A stretch of 64,000 bases of DNA from Selaginella moellendorffii (lineage: Eukaryota > Plantae > Lycopodiophyta). Each line of letters starts with the position of its first letter. Positions within the stretch are counted from its first letter, which is position 1. A program made the translations under genes and the position numbers. The notes below the pieces were generated by a model. That model was given only the letters and a program-made list of their open reading frames with translations. It made no database searches and was not told the DNA's origin. The stretch spans positions 559,430-623,429 of the forward strand of contig NW_003314322.1 in NCBI RefSeq assembly GCF_000143415.4. Reading direction: 5' to 3'. Below are positions 1 to 12,226 of this stretch, piece after piece.

Positions 1-356
1 TTTACCAAACGAACAGAACGCTAGATAGAACGAAACGAAGAAAGTTGCGCAGAAAAAGGTGATGGATTGCGTATGGCTTCGTCATCGCGCTTTCGTCGAG
101 CTTCGTCCAAGCGCCAAGGACTTAAATGATTCCCTGTTGCCACAACTTGTCCAATCCAACCAGTATATTTCTCCACGCCCACAAGTCGTCCACCGAGATA
201 GGGGAGAACGCTATGCACAAAGAACATCCGACCGGTATCCGACCGGGTTGGGCGGTCGGCCGACCGGTCGGAACGGCCGAACGCGGTCGGAACGTCCCGT
301 TCGGGTGTCGGCCGACCGGACCCGACCGGGGCCGAACGGGTGTTTTTAGATAGCTG
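1..356. mobile_element. Probable end of an hAT-like DNA transposon/MITE (GC-rich CCGAC/GTCGG subterminal repeats plus a candidate TIR)
   Basis: 230-340 is dense in CCGACCGG/GTCGG motifs in both orientations. It ends at TGTTTTTAGATAGCTG (reverse complement CAGCTATCTAAAAACA), which resembles CAG-starting hAT termini. The other end is outside the window. Confidence 0.45.
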
Positions 357-986
357 ATTGAATCGGAGTGGTTTTTCCTAGATAGTAAGCTTTCCACTCC
401 CGCATTCTCGCGCCTGAAGAGTGTGACGCAAAGAAGTTTTTTTTCAAAGTTTTGGAAGTAACCATAAACAGATTTCATTCAAAATGTGGACTGCAGTGAA
501 AGTGTGCTGCGTGAGCTCCACGGATATCAACAGCAGATGCTTCAGAGAGTCCACAAGTGTTTCACTTTTTCTGCGCCCTTGGCGTGGTCACTGTTCCTTG
601 TTAGAAGATTTCGGGTGCTAAAAGTAAAGTCTACTTGGAGCCTCGGGATGGATGGCCACGGATGGTCCATTTTACTTCTGATTGCCCCTGCATCCCCTTG
701 AAAAGGATAGAAATGTGAGCAAAACTGGCTAGTTTGGATGACCACCGAGCACTTGCCTTTCCGATGAGAATCTCTATACACGTCATATGGATACTTGACT
801 AGCCAGTTGCGGTGAGTTCGCGTTGTTACCTTGCTCGAACAAGACACGACTCACAACGGCATCAGTGCTTGAAAAGAAGGTACCACTTTTGACTAAAGCC
901 GATCTCCATTAGTTTCCTACAGTCAAGCAGCATCAGCGTCAAGAAGAAAAACGAAAACACGAAGGAAGAAAAATAGAAAAGAGAAC

Positions 987-2666
987 TCATACCTTTTCTT
1001 GCCTGAAACGTCTGCGCTTCTTAAGCTTCAACAATGTAAGAGCATCCACCTCACTCCCATTTATCAGATTTCCTAGCAACACATACGCTGCTTCGTTTGA
1101 TGGATCAGCGTTGAGAGCGTTTTGTCCAGCACGGGTCCCCAAAGCTACACTCTTCCTAGCGCTGCAAGCTCCCAGCAGGCACAGCCAGTCTATCGCATCC
1201 GGAACGTAAGGCATGCTGAGGATCAAGCTTTCAGCCTCCCGCAAGTACCCCGCACGACCAAGAAGATCAGCCATGCAGCTAAAGTGGTGCTTGCCGGCTT
1301 TCACCTCGAAGTCCCTCAGCATCGAGCAGAAGAAACTCCACCCAAGATGAACATCGCCCAGGTGATTGCAGCCGTGAAAGATGGAAGCAAACGAGGAATC
1401 GTTCGGCCTGAGTCCATCCACTGCCATGCTCGCAAAAAGCTCCAAGCTCTTTGCGGAGTTCCCGCATTGTGTGTTTAGAGCCAGCATAGTGTTCCAGGCG
1501 ACCACGTCTCGGACCGGCATCGCTTGGAACAAACCACTGGCGGATTCCAGGCGTCCATTGTGAGCGTAAACCAAAACCATGGTACTCCACGAAACCACGT
1601 CCGGCACCGGGATAGAAGTGAAGAACCACATCGCGTCCTCCAAATGGCCGTTGTGCATGTAGCTGCTGAGCATACAGTTCCACGTAACTAAGTCCTGTTC
1701 CGGCATGAAATCAAACGCGGACTTTGCAGCTTCCAGCTCCCCGCTCTGAGCAAAAGCCGCTAATACGGCGTTCCAGGAGACCAAGTTCTTCTCCGGCATA
1801 GAGTCGAACAGCGCCTTTGAGTCACCCAAGCACCCGTTTTGGACGTAAGCCGCGAGCACTGTGTTCCACGAGACCACGTCCAGTTCCGGCATGAGAGCGA
1901 TGACCTCGAGAGCTGCTTGTAGGTTCCCGGCTTGCGCATAAGCAGCGAGCATCGAGTTCCACGAAACCATATCCTTGTCGGGTGCACCATCAAATAGTGC
2001 TTTTGCTTTCTCGGAGAGTCCCCGCTGGGCGTAAGCAGCCAGCATGGCGTTCCAGGCGACGAGGTTCCTGTCCGGCATGGCGTCGAAGAGAGCTTTCGAC
2101 TGTTCGATATCCCCGGCCTGGGCATACGCGCACAGCATTGCAGTCCAGGACACGTAGTTCCTGAGCGGCATTTGATCGAAGACTCTCTTTGCGCGCTCCG
2201 CTTGTCCTGCCTGTGAGTATCCGGCCAGAAGAGACGTCCACGAGACCACATCCCAGTCTGGCATCGCATCGAAGAGAGCCTGGAGCTTGGAGAGGTGCCC
2301 GAGCTGGGCATAGGCGGACAGCATCGTGTTCCACGAGACTCGGTCTCTAGCCGGCATTTGGAGGAACACCACCTCGGACTCCGCGAGATGCCCATTTTGG
2401 GCATACGCAGACAGCATCAAGTTCCACGAGTATATGTCCTTGTGAGTGATGCTGCCAAAGACCAGCAGCGACAGCTCCACATTCCCACAAAGGCCATACA
2501 TCTGGACGAGAAGATTGGCGATATACGGCCCATCCTCTCCCTGGAGATTTGCCAAAACTCGCGAGTGGATATCCCTGGCTCGAGAGAGGGTCTTGCACGA
2601 CTTGATAAGCTCGACACACTCGTCAGTAGAAAAGCCAGCTTGTACCATTGCCTTTGAGGTAAACAA
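987..2666 (-). CDS. PLS-class pentatricopeptide repeat protein with E domain (organellar RNA-editing factor type), no DYW
   Basis: 559-aa ORF with ~31-aa tandem repeats (D.VSWN.ML.AYAQ.G....A..LFD.MP) and an E-domain motif (HFSCMADLLGRAGYLREAE...MPYVPDAIDWLCLLGAC). Confidence 0.95.
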   Translation of the reverse strand: MFTSKAMVQAGFSTDECVELIKSCKTLSRARDIHSRVLANLQGEDGPYIANLLVQMYGLCGNVELSLLVFGSITHKDIYSWNLMLSAYAQNGHLAESEVVFLQMPARDRVSWNTMLSAYAQLGHLSKLQALFDAMPDWDVVSWTSLLAGYSQAGQAERAKRVFDQMPLRNYVSWTAMLCAYAQAGDIEQSKALFDAMPDRNLVAWNAMLAAYAQRGLSEKAKALFDGAPDKDMVSWNSMLAAYAQAGNLQAALEVIALMPELDVVSWNTVLAAYVQNGCLGDSKALFDSMPEKNLVSWNAVLAAFAQSGELEAAKSAFDFMPEQDLVTWNCMLSSYMHNGHLEDAMWFFTSIPVPDVVSWSTMVLVYAHNGRLESASGLFQAMPVRDVVAWNTMLALNTQCGNSAKSLELFASMAVDGLRPNDSSFASIFHGCNHLGDVHLGWSFFCSMLRDFEVKAGKHHFSCMADLLGRAGYLREAESLILSMPYVPDAIDWLCLLGACSARKSVALGTRAGQNALNADPSNEAAYVLLGNLINGSEVDALTLLKLKKRRRFRQEKV

Positions 2667-2815
2667 AGTTATTGTCCTGGATGCCTCTTCTCTGCGCCAT
2701 AGTTGCTTTTCTTCACTGACATTGGCCGAAGCTCGCGAGTAAACTTCCCCAGCTCAAGGGAGGGTCTTAGAAACTTTATTTGTTCTTCCATTGTTCTTCA
2801 CAAACTTGTATGAAC

Positions 2816-4074
2816 TTACGGCTTCCAGGAAGAAAGAGGTGGTGTTGTCGCGAATCGCCAAGTGCTGGACATATCACCGTATCGTTCTCCCTTGACTCCA
2901 GCCACCACGCTTTCAATCTCGTCAATCTCGGCCTTGGAGAGGGTCACGTCTAGCGATCCAATGTTTTCCTTGAAGTTCTTGAGCTTGGTGGTGCCTGGAA
3001 TGGGGACAACGTCGTCGCCTTGGTGCTGGACCCAAGCCAGAGCAAGCTGCCCTGCGGTACAGTTCTTCTTGGCCGCTATCTTGCACAGCTTCTCGTAGAT
3101 GGTTTTGTTGTGCTCCAGGTTCTCACCTTGGAACCTTGGGACAAACTGCTCAAGAAAAAGCCCACGTTACAGTCAAGCTTGAACTGTAAAAGACTTATCA
3201 AAGCTTGCCTTGCGGAAATCCCCATCGCCAATCTCTTCTACGATGGCTTTTCCAGAGAAGAATCCTCGTCCGAGAGGACTATAAGCAACTATTCCGATTC
3301 CAAGTTCCCTGCAACACAAGTCTCGGATCAAAACTTTGATTGGGAAGGATCTAGCTCAGCTTCTAGCAGACCTGCAAGTTGGAATAACGTCCTCCTCGAC
3401 ATCTCGACTCCAAAGGGACCACTCGAGCTGAACAGCAGTGATGGGGTGGACCGCATGAGCTCGGCGAATATCAGAAGAAGAAGCCTCAGATAAGCCCAGA
3501 TACTTGACCTTCCCTTCCTCCACCAATTTCTTCATCTCCCCTACCTTTCAAAGCCAAGAAAACCACCTATCAGTATAGAACAGCGAGAAAAAACTCTGGA
3601 ACAGTACCGTGATTTCGATGGGAACTTTCGGATCCACACGGTGCTGGTAGTAGAGATCGATACAATCCACATCCAGCCTCTTCAAGCTGCCCTCGCAAGC
3701 AGCACGGACGTGGGCTGGATCACCACGAATCCCTCGATTCCCCTTCTCGTCCACGAAGAATGCAAACTTGGTGGCCAGTTCCACCTTGTCTCTGATACCC
3801 TTGATCGCCTAGCAGCCAAAAGAAATCCAATCTACGAGAATGCTTCGATAGAAGAGCCAAATCCTACCTTGCCGACGAGGATTTCGTTGGTGTAAGGCCC
3901 GTACATGTCCGCCGTGTCCAGGAATGTGATCCCCGACTCGATCGCCGTGCGAATGAGCTCGATCATCTCCCCCTCCGGCTTGGGAGGGCCGTAGAATGCC
4001 GACATTCCCATGCATCCGAGGCCTTGCTTGGAGACCTCGAGACCTTGCGAGCCGAGCTTGATGCGCTGCGCCAT
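2816..4074 (-). CDS. Aldo-keto reductase (IN2-2/perakine reductase-like), multi-exon
   Basis: [25 protein letters not shown]...[32 protein letters not shown] and PIPGTTK motifs across GT-AG exons. Stop TAA at 2816-2818. Confidence 0.93.
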
Positions 4075-4201
4075 AGCCAAGAATCTGCCCTAGTAAGTGA
4101 AGCCAAAAACCCCAAATTTTCTTCATGCTTATATGCTCGAGAGGAATAGTACGGACGATCACGAGAATGTACGGCAAGATCTTGAAAGTAAAGAACATTT
4201 G

Positions 4202-4789
4202 TTATACATTCCAGAGTTGTGCGGGGGCATCGCTGGTAGCAGCGAGCCTCTCATGATCGAAATTGCTAGAGGAGGATGAGAGAGACGAGAGAAATCCACT
4301 ATCGACGCTGCTGCAGCTGTTGCTATTGATCGTTGTGCTGCTGGCAATGGCGATCTCATGGAGCCAGATCTGGTGCTTGAGGAATTTGACGTAGCTGATG
4401 GCTTCGTCCAGCATCGACGCCGTGTCCATCTTGCTGCCGCCGGGAACCAGGCGCTGGAGCGTCTTGAATCGCTCGCTGATGCGCTTGCGACGCATCCGCG
4501 CCGCCACGCTCTGCGGATCCGTCGAGAATTTGGAGCTGCTGCCGCTGCGTTTGGATCCCGGCTTCCCGCTACTGCCAGCCTTCTGGTGATCGGGAGAGGA
4601 ATTCGCCGATGCAGCCAGGAATCCCGAGGGATGAAACAGGGAATAGCTGATGGAATCCGGGCAAAATCCAGACGTGGGCGACGCCGAATCCAGCGCAGCT
4701 ACGGTCCAGGCATCGCTGGCCGGCGAATCGATGGAAGAAATCAGGAGATTGTCCATCATCGCGGCGGCATTCTCGTCAAAGAGATTCAT
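4202..4789 (-). CDS. bHLH transcription factor, LAX1/BA1/ROX (HEC/IND-related) type, intronless
   Basis: [56 protein letters not shown]. Confidence 0.9.
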   Translation of the reverse strand: MNLFDENAAAMMDNLLISSIDSPASDAWTVAALDSASPTSGFCPDSISYSLFHPSGFLAASANSSPDHQKAGSSGKPGSKRSGSSSKFSTDPQSVAARMRRKRISERFKTLQRLVPGGSKMDTASMLDEAISYVKFLKHQIWLHEIAIASSTTINSNSCSSVDSGFLSSLSSSSSNFDHERLAATSDAPAQLWNV

Positions 4790-5081
4790 CCTTTCGGAAG
4801 GAAAAACAGGGGACTCTCCCTCTCCCGCTCTTTATATATCTAAACAAGAGATGATTGGAAGAATCAAAGCCTGGCTCTTTTCTCTTCTTCTTTTTTTCCC
4901 TTCTTTCTTTGCAATTCAGAGCAGCAAATTCAGATTTTTTGTTTTGTGTTCCCCAGATTCCGGGCCAGGTGGTCTGAATGTTTTTGCCATCAATCCAATC
5001 TTTCCAATTTCCCAGCAGCCACCATCATGATCTGGACCGAATTGCTTGCTTGCTTGCTTCGCTGCTACTCTGTAAGAACCC

Positions 5082-5110
5082 GAGAGAGAGAGAGAGAGAA
5101 GAGAAGAGAG
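5082..5110. repeat. (GA)n microsatellite upstream of the bHLH gene
   Basis: Run of gagagaga with minor interruptions. Confidence 0.8.
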
Positions 5111-5304
5111 ATCGTGTTCTTGCGAGTTCCTGTCTCTCTGGTCTGGCCCCCCCTCATCAATCAGCGCTACGATCGAGAGAACTCGCGACAGCGACCGACG
5201 GCTCCAAAAGAAACGCGTCACTCTTTCTGGCATGGAAATTCCATGGATACTCCAAACTTCAAAAGAAGGCTTGGCCACTGCAAAAACTCCTGCAAATCTT
5301 CTGC

Positions 5305-8300
5305 CTAGCGTTCTTGCTTCCCAAACGTTTTCCTGGTGCTTGTCCTTTCACTCTGTTCGAGAAGCTCGCTCTGTGTGCGCCTGTAACTCAATCTGGTCGG
5401 ATCCGCTAACCAAGGGAACACAAAACATGCCTTCTTCCTCCTCTTTCTTTCTTCCCCGATTAGAGTGACGTAACGATGATCGCTTATCTCTCTTATGAAC
5501 TTGCCATCTCGATGGATCAGCTCAGCCTTCTTCATTTCTTCTGCTGATACCGCAGATCTGGGAAACGAGTTAACTTCATCGGGGGAAGGCTCATCACACG
5601 CAGCACTTAAAGAACGTAGCAAAAGCATCGTGCTCGACTTACTTTTCTAAGCATGTGACTCTCTTTATACAGCTCTGGTTCTGCCCGCCTCGCTATCTCA
5701 AGACAACAGCTTCGCTAACATGCGAAGGCTTGGGGTCGAAGACCTGGCAAGAAAAGAAAAGACAAAAAAAAACACGAGTGAATGAATGAATGCCATGAAA
5801 TGTGCACCTGTTATCTGGAATCAAAGCCAAATAAGACTTTAAGTTGGACTTGAGCGATGGGTATCGGTTAAGACATGCCAGACAACCTGGAGACATGGAA
5901 ATCAAACAACCTGACATGAGCTCTAATGGTTTCTTTAACTAGAAAAAGAGATCAAAGAATCGACCTGAAACGATCATGTCCATCAAATCTTCCTCCTCTG
6001 CTGCTTCACCCTGAATTTGAAAGCCGGGGAGTAAATGGTGGCAAACTCTACGCTTGGAAAGTGTAAGATGATACCTGATAACAGCGCTGTAAGCACTTGC
6101 CAACAAGGGTATAGATTCTCTCCAGCTCGGAGGCTTCCAGGCAGTCTTTCAGAGCGCCTTCGTCCGTCATATCCAACACTGATGTGCAGAAACACGTCGC
6201 CATTGCACTCTCCATATTTTGGTCGGTTTTCACTGCAAACAAAACGATATAAGAACCATGTTGGCACTTGAAAAGAATGTACTTACAGGCCCAAGAGACG
6301 ATCTCAGGCAGCGCCGGAACAAAGTCCACAAAGCTAGGCTCGTGAATCAAGCTGTTTTTCTGGTGTCATGTCATCGATAAAAAGCTAGTAAGCCATCGAG
6401 CTTCTTGTTATTTCCTACGTCACCTTTTGCAGCACATTGAGAAGAATGTCGAGTGCTTCAACGATCAAAACCTCATCTCGGTTTTTTAGTGAAGTAACGA
6501 TGAACGATACTATCTGAGACAAGACGTTTTAAAGTGGTTTTACAAACGCAATGACATGAACCTGCTTGTGTCCTCCTGATGATACCAGTGCCTCACAACC
6601 ATCCTCAGCCATAGTAACCTGCAGCAATGCAGGCACCAAAAACTGCACGGCGTAGAAGGGGCTGCAAGCATTGCAGTAAGACATCCATAGAACCGAGTAT
6701 TGGAGGAAAAAAAAAACTTGCCTTGTTTCACTGTCTGGAGTGACTGATAGAAGAAAGCTAAGAAGTTTCAGGAAACGTGTGTTGTGTGCGGATGGAGCCT
6801 CGGCCAAGTATCTTACCAAAATCTTGTTCAGTTCACTTGTCGAGAATCTTTCTGGAAACAAATTGCTCACCGGCCAAGAAGCCGAACGGAACTTATTACT
6901 TCGTCCCCTTGATGGACACCATTGTCCTGCCAAAGAAAAAGTAACAAAATAAAAAAGAAAGATGACGATCAGACAAGCAGAGAAAGAACAACCTTTGCAG
7001 CTTCCAGGTATTCCAACAGAATACCAGCTATGTCATCTAATGCAGAAACTATCTTCTGCAAGGAACTTGCATTCACCTTGATGGAAGCCTCTGCAAGAAT
7101 GAGAATTCGCAATAAATCCTGAGAAATAAAGAAGAGCTGAATACCTTCCTGCGAGGTGAAGTTGATGATATTTTCAACAAGAGAGTAGTAAACAGCTAAA
7201 CTGCGCTGCTTCTCAATATCCCAGCCACTGGAACTGCTAGAAACGTGTAGAACATCACCAAGTACGATGGGAATTTCTACTCGCAGAGACTCCACCACGA
7301 GGAAAAGAAACCTGACTCAGGGATTCATCAACTTCTGAAGCGTAAACGAAATACAATCGCACTTACCTGTCAGAAGAAGAGCTTGATACCTCTGTGTCAG
7401 GAAAGTTGATGTTTCCAACAAGCCACGAACCTCCCAAATGCTCCACCATTTGCTCAGCCACCTCCAGAGCTCCTTTCCGGTATTCTGGTGCTGCATTTAG
7501 TTTATAGTATTAGAAGACCGCATGGAGTTTGCCTTATTCTACGAACATACAAACACGACTGTGAAGTATTTGACCCAGTCCTGTGCGCACATCGTCGGCC
7601 CATGAAAGACTTGCACAGTTCGTACTCAGCGCTGCTTTTGTATTGGACTGCAAAAGGTCAAAAAATAAAAAAATAGCAGCGGTTGTTGTAAACACGAGCT
7701 ATACTTACAGAGACCAAAAGCAATTTCAACACTTCCATCACTTCAAACTTCCCGAGATTTTGCTGCAACGACAGATGCCTCGACAAAGGAGGGACAACCG
7801 ATGCTAGTCCTTGCGCGTATTCCGAAGTTTTGCCCTCCATAGTTAGCCTTGTCACCAAGAAATACAAGAGCTTCACAACCGCCACAACCTCTTGAGCTTC
7901 TGTAACGATGAAGGCAAACATTAAGAAGAACTAAGTATCTAGTCTTGAAAGGAACACAGAGATACCTGGCGCAGCATTTTGGAGAAGGCTGCCAATGGCT
8001 TGAAAAACTCTCGACTGGCAAACAGCTACAAAGCCTTTGTCTGAAGCTGCGGCAATTCCCAACAAGCACTCGCTAGCATCAACAGAAACGTCCCTGGGCT
8101 TTTCGATTCAGTAGAAGAAAATCGAGAGAAAGAGGGAAGAAACGTACTTGGCGCTAAGCACCTCCACGTAAACGGGAACTTTATCGATGACATCGCTCGA
8201 AGATGCAAGCTCGGGAATTCTACAAAATGCGGCGAGTATAGAAATGCCGAGCTTGAGATAGTCATGCTGCTGCATTTCTTTCTCGTGCGTGGCAAAATGC

Positions 8301-8535
8301 CCCAGGCCTACGCAAATCCTCTCTTTAGAACGAACAATTCTACAACGGAGCGAGAAAACGAAGTACCTGTTCTCAAGAGGCGATCGACGAACTGGAAGCC
8401 GATGGCGTCAAACACCTCGTGGACGGCTTGCGCATCGCCTCCGGACACAAACTTGGTGGCGAGAAGCAGACCCACCAGGCGCTGCTCATCGTTGCTCCCG
8501 CGCAGGAGCTTGAGGCATTCGTCCAAGCTCGCCAT
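5305..8535 (-). CDS. Neurochondrin family (ARM-like) protein, multi-exon; 3' end approximate
   Basis: The N-terminus MASLDECLKLLRGSNDEQRLVGLLLATK...DAIGFQFVDRLLRTG is typical of plant neurochondrin. Further exons include FLLLVVESLRVEI, VRYLAEAP and FLVPALLQVT. Confidence 0.85.
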
Positions 8536-8919
8536 AAACCCTAAACCCGCTCAAGACCTTCCTTTTAGGGCACAAAAATTTCGACACCTCGCCCGTGTCG
8601 ATCCCGAACTAGAAGAAGATTATATATAAACCTTAACGTTAGATGGGATGTTGTGCATCGCAAGAGTAGTGATCGTCGCGCTTTCTCCAGAACAATCGAT
8701 GACGCGTCACGAGAAGAAAAAATCAAAACTCCCTCTTTCTGCCCTAAGGAAGGTCTTCCAATCCAGAAGTTTGGCGCGATAGGTGTGCTTTTTGTTTTTC
8801 CTCTGTAGAATTTCTCGTACAAATTCTTGGGAACATTGAGCCCAGGGAATGGTGATGCGCTGGAACTCTTTACCTTGGAAGGAAACAATTACTGCCCCGC
8901 TACTTCTAATACAATCTTG

Positions 8920-9243
8920 AAAACGTCCAGATATTCATCTTTGAGGAGCTGAAAAGCTCGTTTCAACGCATGGAGAATTGTCTCAACATTCAATTCAAAC
9001 TTCCAATTTGTTCTATGCTCTGGAAATAGGCTTCCTTTCATCGGGAAAACATGCTGACCTCGGAATTTCCTCGAGGCCGAATGATATGGATGTCACACCT
9101 GTCAAACTCTACATATTCAACGATGGTATTGCAATACTCACTTAGACGAGTTTGCCAGTGTCTACATTCACCGTCCAGACATGAAGCCAGCCTACAAGTA
9201 AAGCTTCAAAGTCAGCTTCTTCCTTGTGATTCACCTTGAGCTG
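8920..9243 (-). pseudogene. Truncated copy of the WI12-domain gene 3' end
   Basis: Clear similarity to 20440-20880 (WLHVWTV..DTGKL..LSEYCNTI exon and 3' flank). Similarity stops abruptly at 9243. Confidence 0.75.
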
Positions 9244-9279
9244 AACTAACCTCAAAGGGCCCTTACAACCTTTTCTTGT

Positions 9280-9396
9280 CTGTAATTATCTGTAATGTAT
9301 ATATTATATATAATCTGTATATAATCTGTATATAATCTGTAATCTATATATTATCTGTAATGTATATATTGTAGGATTATCTGTAATGTATATATA
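9280..9396. repeat. AT-rich short tandem repeat (TATAATCTGTA-like units)
   Basis: Repeated tataatctgta/attatctgtaatgtatatat units. Confidence 0.8.
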
Positions 9397-11102
9397 GAGT
9401 CATGAAATCGCGGCAAACCCTGATCGAGAGGACCTGCCCAATCTAGCTCACAGCACGGAATAAAATCTTGTCATCGCTGGAAGAAGCATTCATCAGCTCC
9501 CTATGACTTCTTGCCACGTTCGTAAATCCAATATTTTAACTATATTTTAGAATATTCCTCAATTCAACCGTCTATACATGAGTCTAGGGAATGCATCTGC
9601 CCACATATGTTAAGTTAGTGTGATTGCAATTAGTAAGAATTCAGATTTGGCTGGCTCTATTGAGATTTAACACCCTTCAAGAGAGTACAGTCATTAGGCT
9701 AAGTGCCATTTTACTTCTGCTTTAAGCTAAAAACTTAAACACATAAATCTTAAAACTTTTCTCTATTTCTTTTCATCCGATAGCTCATGGATGTTTAGCA
9801 GCATATTTCATAGAGATCAGGTCTTGGATCTCATAATCTGGCTTAATGTCTTCTAAGAGATGGATCCTTCTGTATGACTCCAATAATTAACCATTTTAAG
9901 AATCCTTTATTGACTGCATGAATCTAGTTATTTAGAAGTAAAGGACCAGTAACTAAATTATAGAGTAATCCCTCTGTGAAAAACCTTAAGGATTTTTTCT
10001 CCAGCTTGAGGTATTCTATAATGGTCACATTGCACATCATGGCATCAGAGCTCTTGATAGGGAAGCCCAAGGAATGGATTATGATTGAGATCCTAGAACT
10101 CAAGTGGGAGATGGCTTATCTTCCATTTTTGTATTGTCTGTAATGCAAGTTATTTTGTACAACAAAAATTTAAGATGATAAAGTTGGCTTTAAAAACTCA
10201 GAAGTTGGTTGAATATTATCCTTTTGTGAGGTTCAAGTGTAAAAATAATGATGTTGTATACTAATATTAACATAATGAAATTTTGATAGCTATTGGATTA
10301 ACTTCAATCCGGACCACTCACTCTTGTATATAAACTAGGGTTCTTGGGTTAATTGATATGCATATTTTTGTATTCTATTTTTATATTTTATACACTCACG
10401 TTGGTGGAACTGAAAGGCAAGTTTGATTGTCCTTGAAGAGTGCTTAAATTTGGGATTTTGGTTTAGATTTAACTTTTGCATCATCTAGATCTCACTTCCC
10501 TTATACCCTTTTCAATTTTTTATTTTTTATTTTTTCCTTTTCATTCATCTTCATAGCAAAGCAACAACCTCCTCCTCTAACTCTAAAACAATAGTTGGTG
10601 TAATTTCTCAATGCTATGCAATTGCAATTGAACAATCATATTTAGTTGATAGTGGTATTCATGGCACGTGGTACAATTTCTCTTGCTCTTACTACCAATA
10701 CTTGCGTTTAACTAGAATTCTTCTATGGGAATCCTAGAGATAATGTGTACTACTGGTTCGATCATTTTATGGTGACTGCCACATATCATTCTTAAGATGA
10801 TGGTCAGTGTTTGTATAACTTTCCTATAAGTCTTCAAAGGATGTTATTATAGTGATACAATAGCTTGAGCATAACCACTTGTGCAAATTGGAGCATTCTC
10901 TTGGACCGCCTTTTCCACTTTTTGCTACATGTTGTTTAGATCCACTTCCTGTGAAAGATGATCTTGTTCCAATGAAGATTGATGTTTCCACTGATATAGT
11001 GCACTCTATCTCTCTTTTCTTAGGCCAATTGTAATTGCTTAATAAAAGAGTTTTTAATGGCTATTTTATCCCCATTTATCCTCCAAAATTTTACAATGAC
11101 AG

Positions 11103-12226
11103 TGTAAGCCACAAATTTTTCCTTTCCAATTTGCCAGCTTACCTCGCCTATCCGTCCAACACCGCCTTGGCTTTTGCTAAGTTCCCTCGCCAAGGTTCTC
11201 GCCTATGGTACCAGCTCCTACTTGGTTTCAGCTACTCACTGCACGAGCAACGGAGTGTTACCCATCCTTCCACGGATTCCCAAATCACTCCCAATCCCCC
11301 TCCCCAGGTTAGACTGGACTTAAGGTTCGGCTACACTCCCCGCAAGCACAAGCAGCCAAGCACACCAAGCTTCCAGGTTCCTAACATCCCTTGGTACCAC
11401 AAGACTTGATCATGGGACCCTCTAAATCCCAAGTCTTGAGTGCAACACTTGCTTCGGGACGCCGGGGCGAAACACCGTGGCCTAACGGCCCGGTATGGGT
11501 ACCTCTCGCCCCCCACTTCCATCCCGAAGGAAGGCCCAAGCCCCTAGGAAGGGCGAGGACCAATGAGCCACATGGTACTCAAGTGGGGCACCATTCCACA
11601 TGAGCCGGGAGCACCGCAATCGGTTTCCCTTTCGGGAGTGGGAGCTGCTCTTGAGCACTTCCTTGGATGGCCCCTCCGGCACCAGCCAAGTCCATGCTCA
11701 CTCCCACCCAAGGCCCCTCGGTCCCAGTCTCAACCTCAAGTCAGTTTGGAAGCCCAACTGGAGAGTCCCTTCAAAACTGGTTCCTGGACCTCACTATCCC
11801 TACTATACTTTTGGAACCCCCTGCAGCCCCCCCCCCCTGGGAGATGCACGCTTTGGGCTTTCACCCCTTGACCCGTATTAATATTTGGACTTAGTCTCTG
11901 GCTCGATCTCGGACCCGATTTCGGATCCGACTTTGGATTCGGTTTCGGACTCGATCTCGGACTCGATCTCGGACCCGATCTCGGACCCGACTTCGGACTC
12001 GACCTCGGACTCGGTCTCGGACCCGATTTCGGATCTCGGACTCCGTCTCGAACTCGGTCTCGAACTCGGACTCGAACTCGGTCCCCGAGTCGGTCTCGAA
12101 CTCGGTCCTAGAGTCGGTCTTGGACTCGATCTTCGACTTGGTCTCATCCGATGAACTCTTTGTCATTTTGGTCATACTTTCGGGGTTCCTTTAGCCTACG
12201 ACACCTCGGCGAGTTGGTTCCTTACA
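11103..12226. mobile_element. Solo LTR (1124 bp) nested in the Gypsy element
   Basis: TGTAAG...CTTACA termini and a perfect 5-bp TSD GACAG (11098-11102, 12227-12231). GC content is much higher than the host element. Confidence 0.88.
11890..12150. repeat. 12/18-bp minisatellite inside the solo LTR
   Basis: Tandem GACTCGATCTCG/GACCCGATTTCG and CTCGAACTCGGT units. Confidence 0.9.

Noticed and set aside
11878-12175. Repeat-protein ORFs or a CRISPR-like array
   Set aside because: Simple minisatellite without unique spacers, inside a solo LTR, in a eukaryotic genome.
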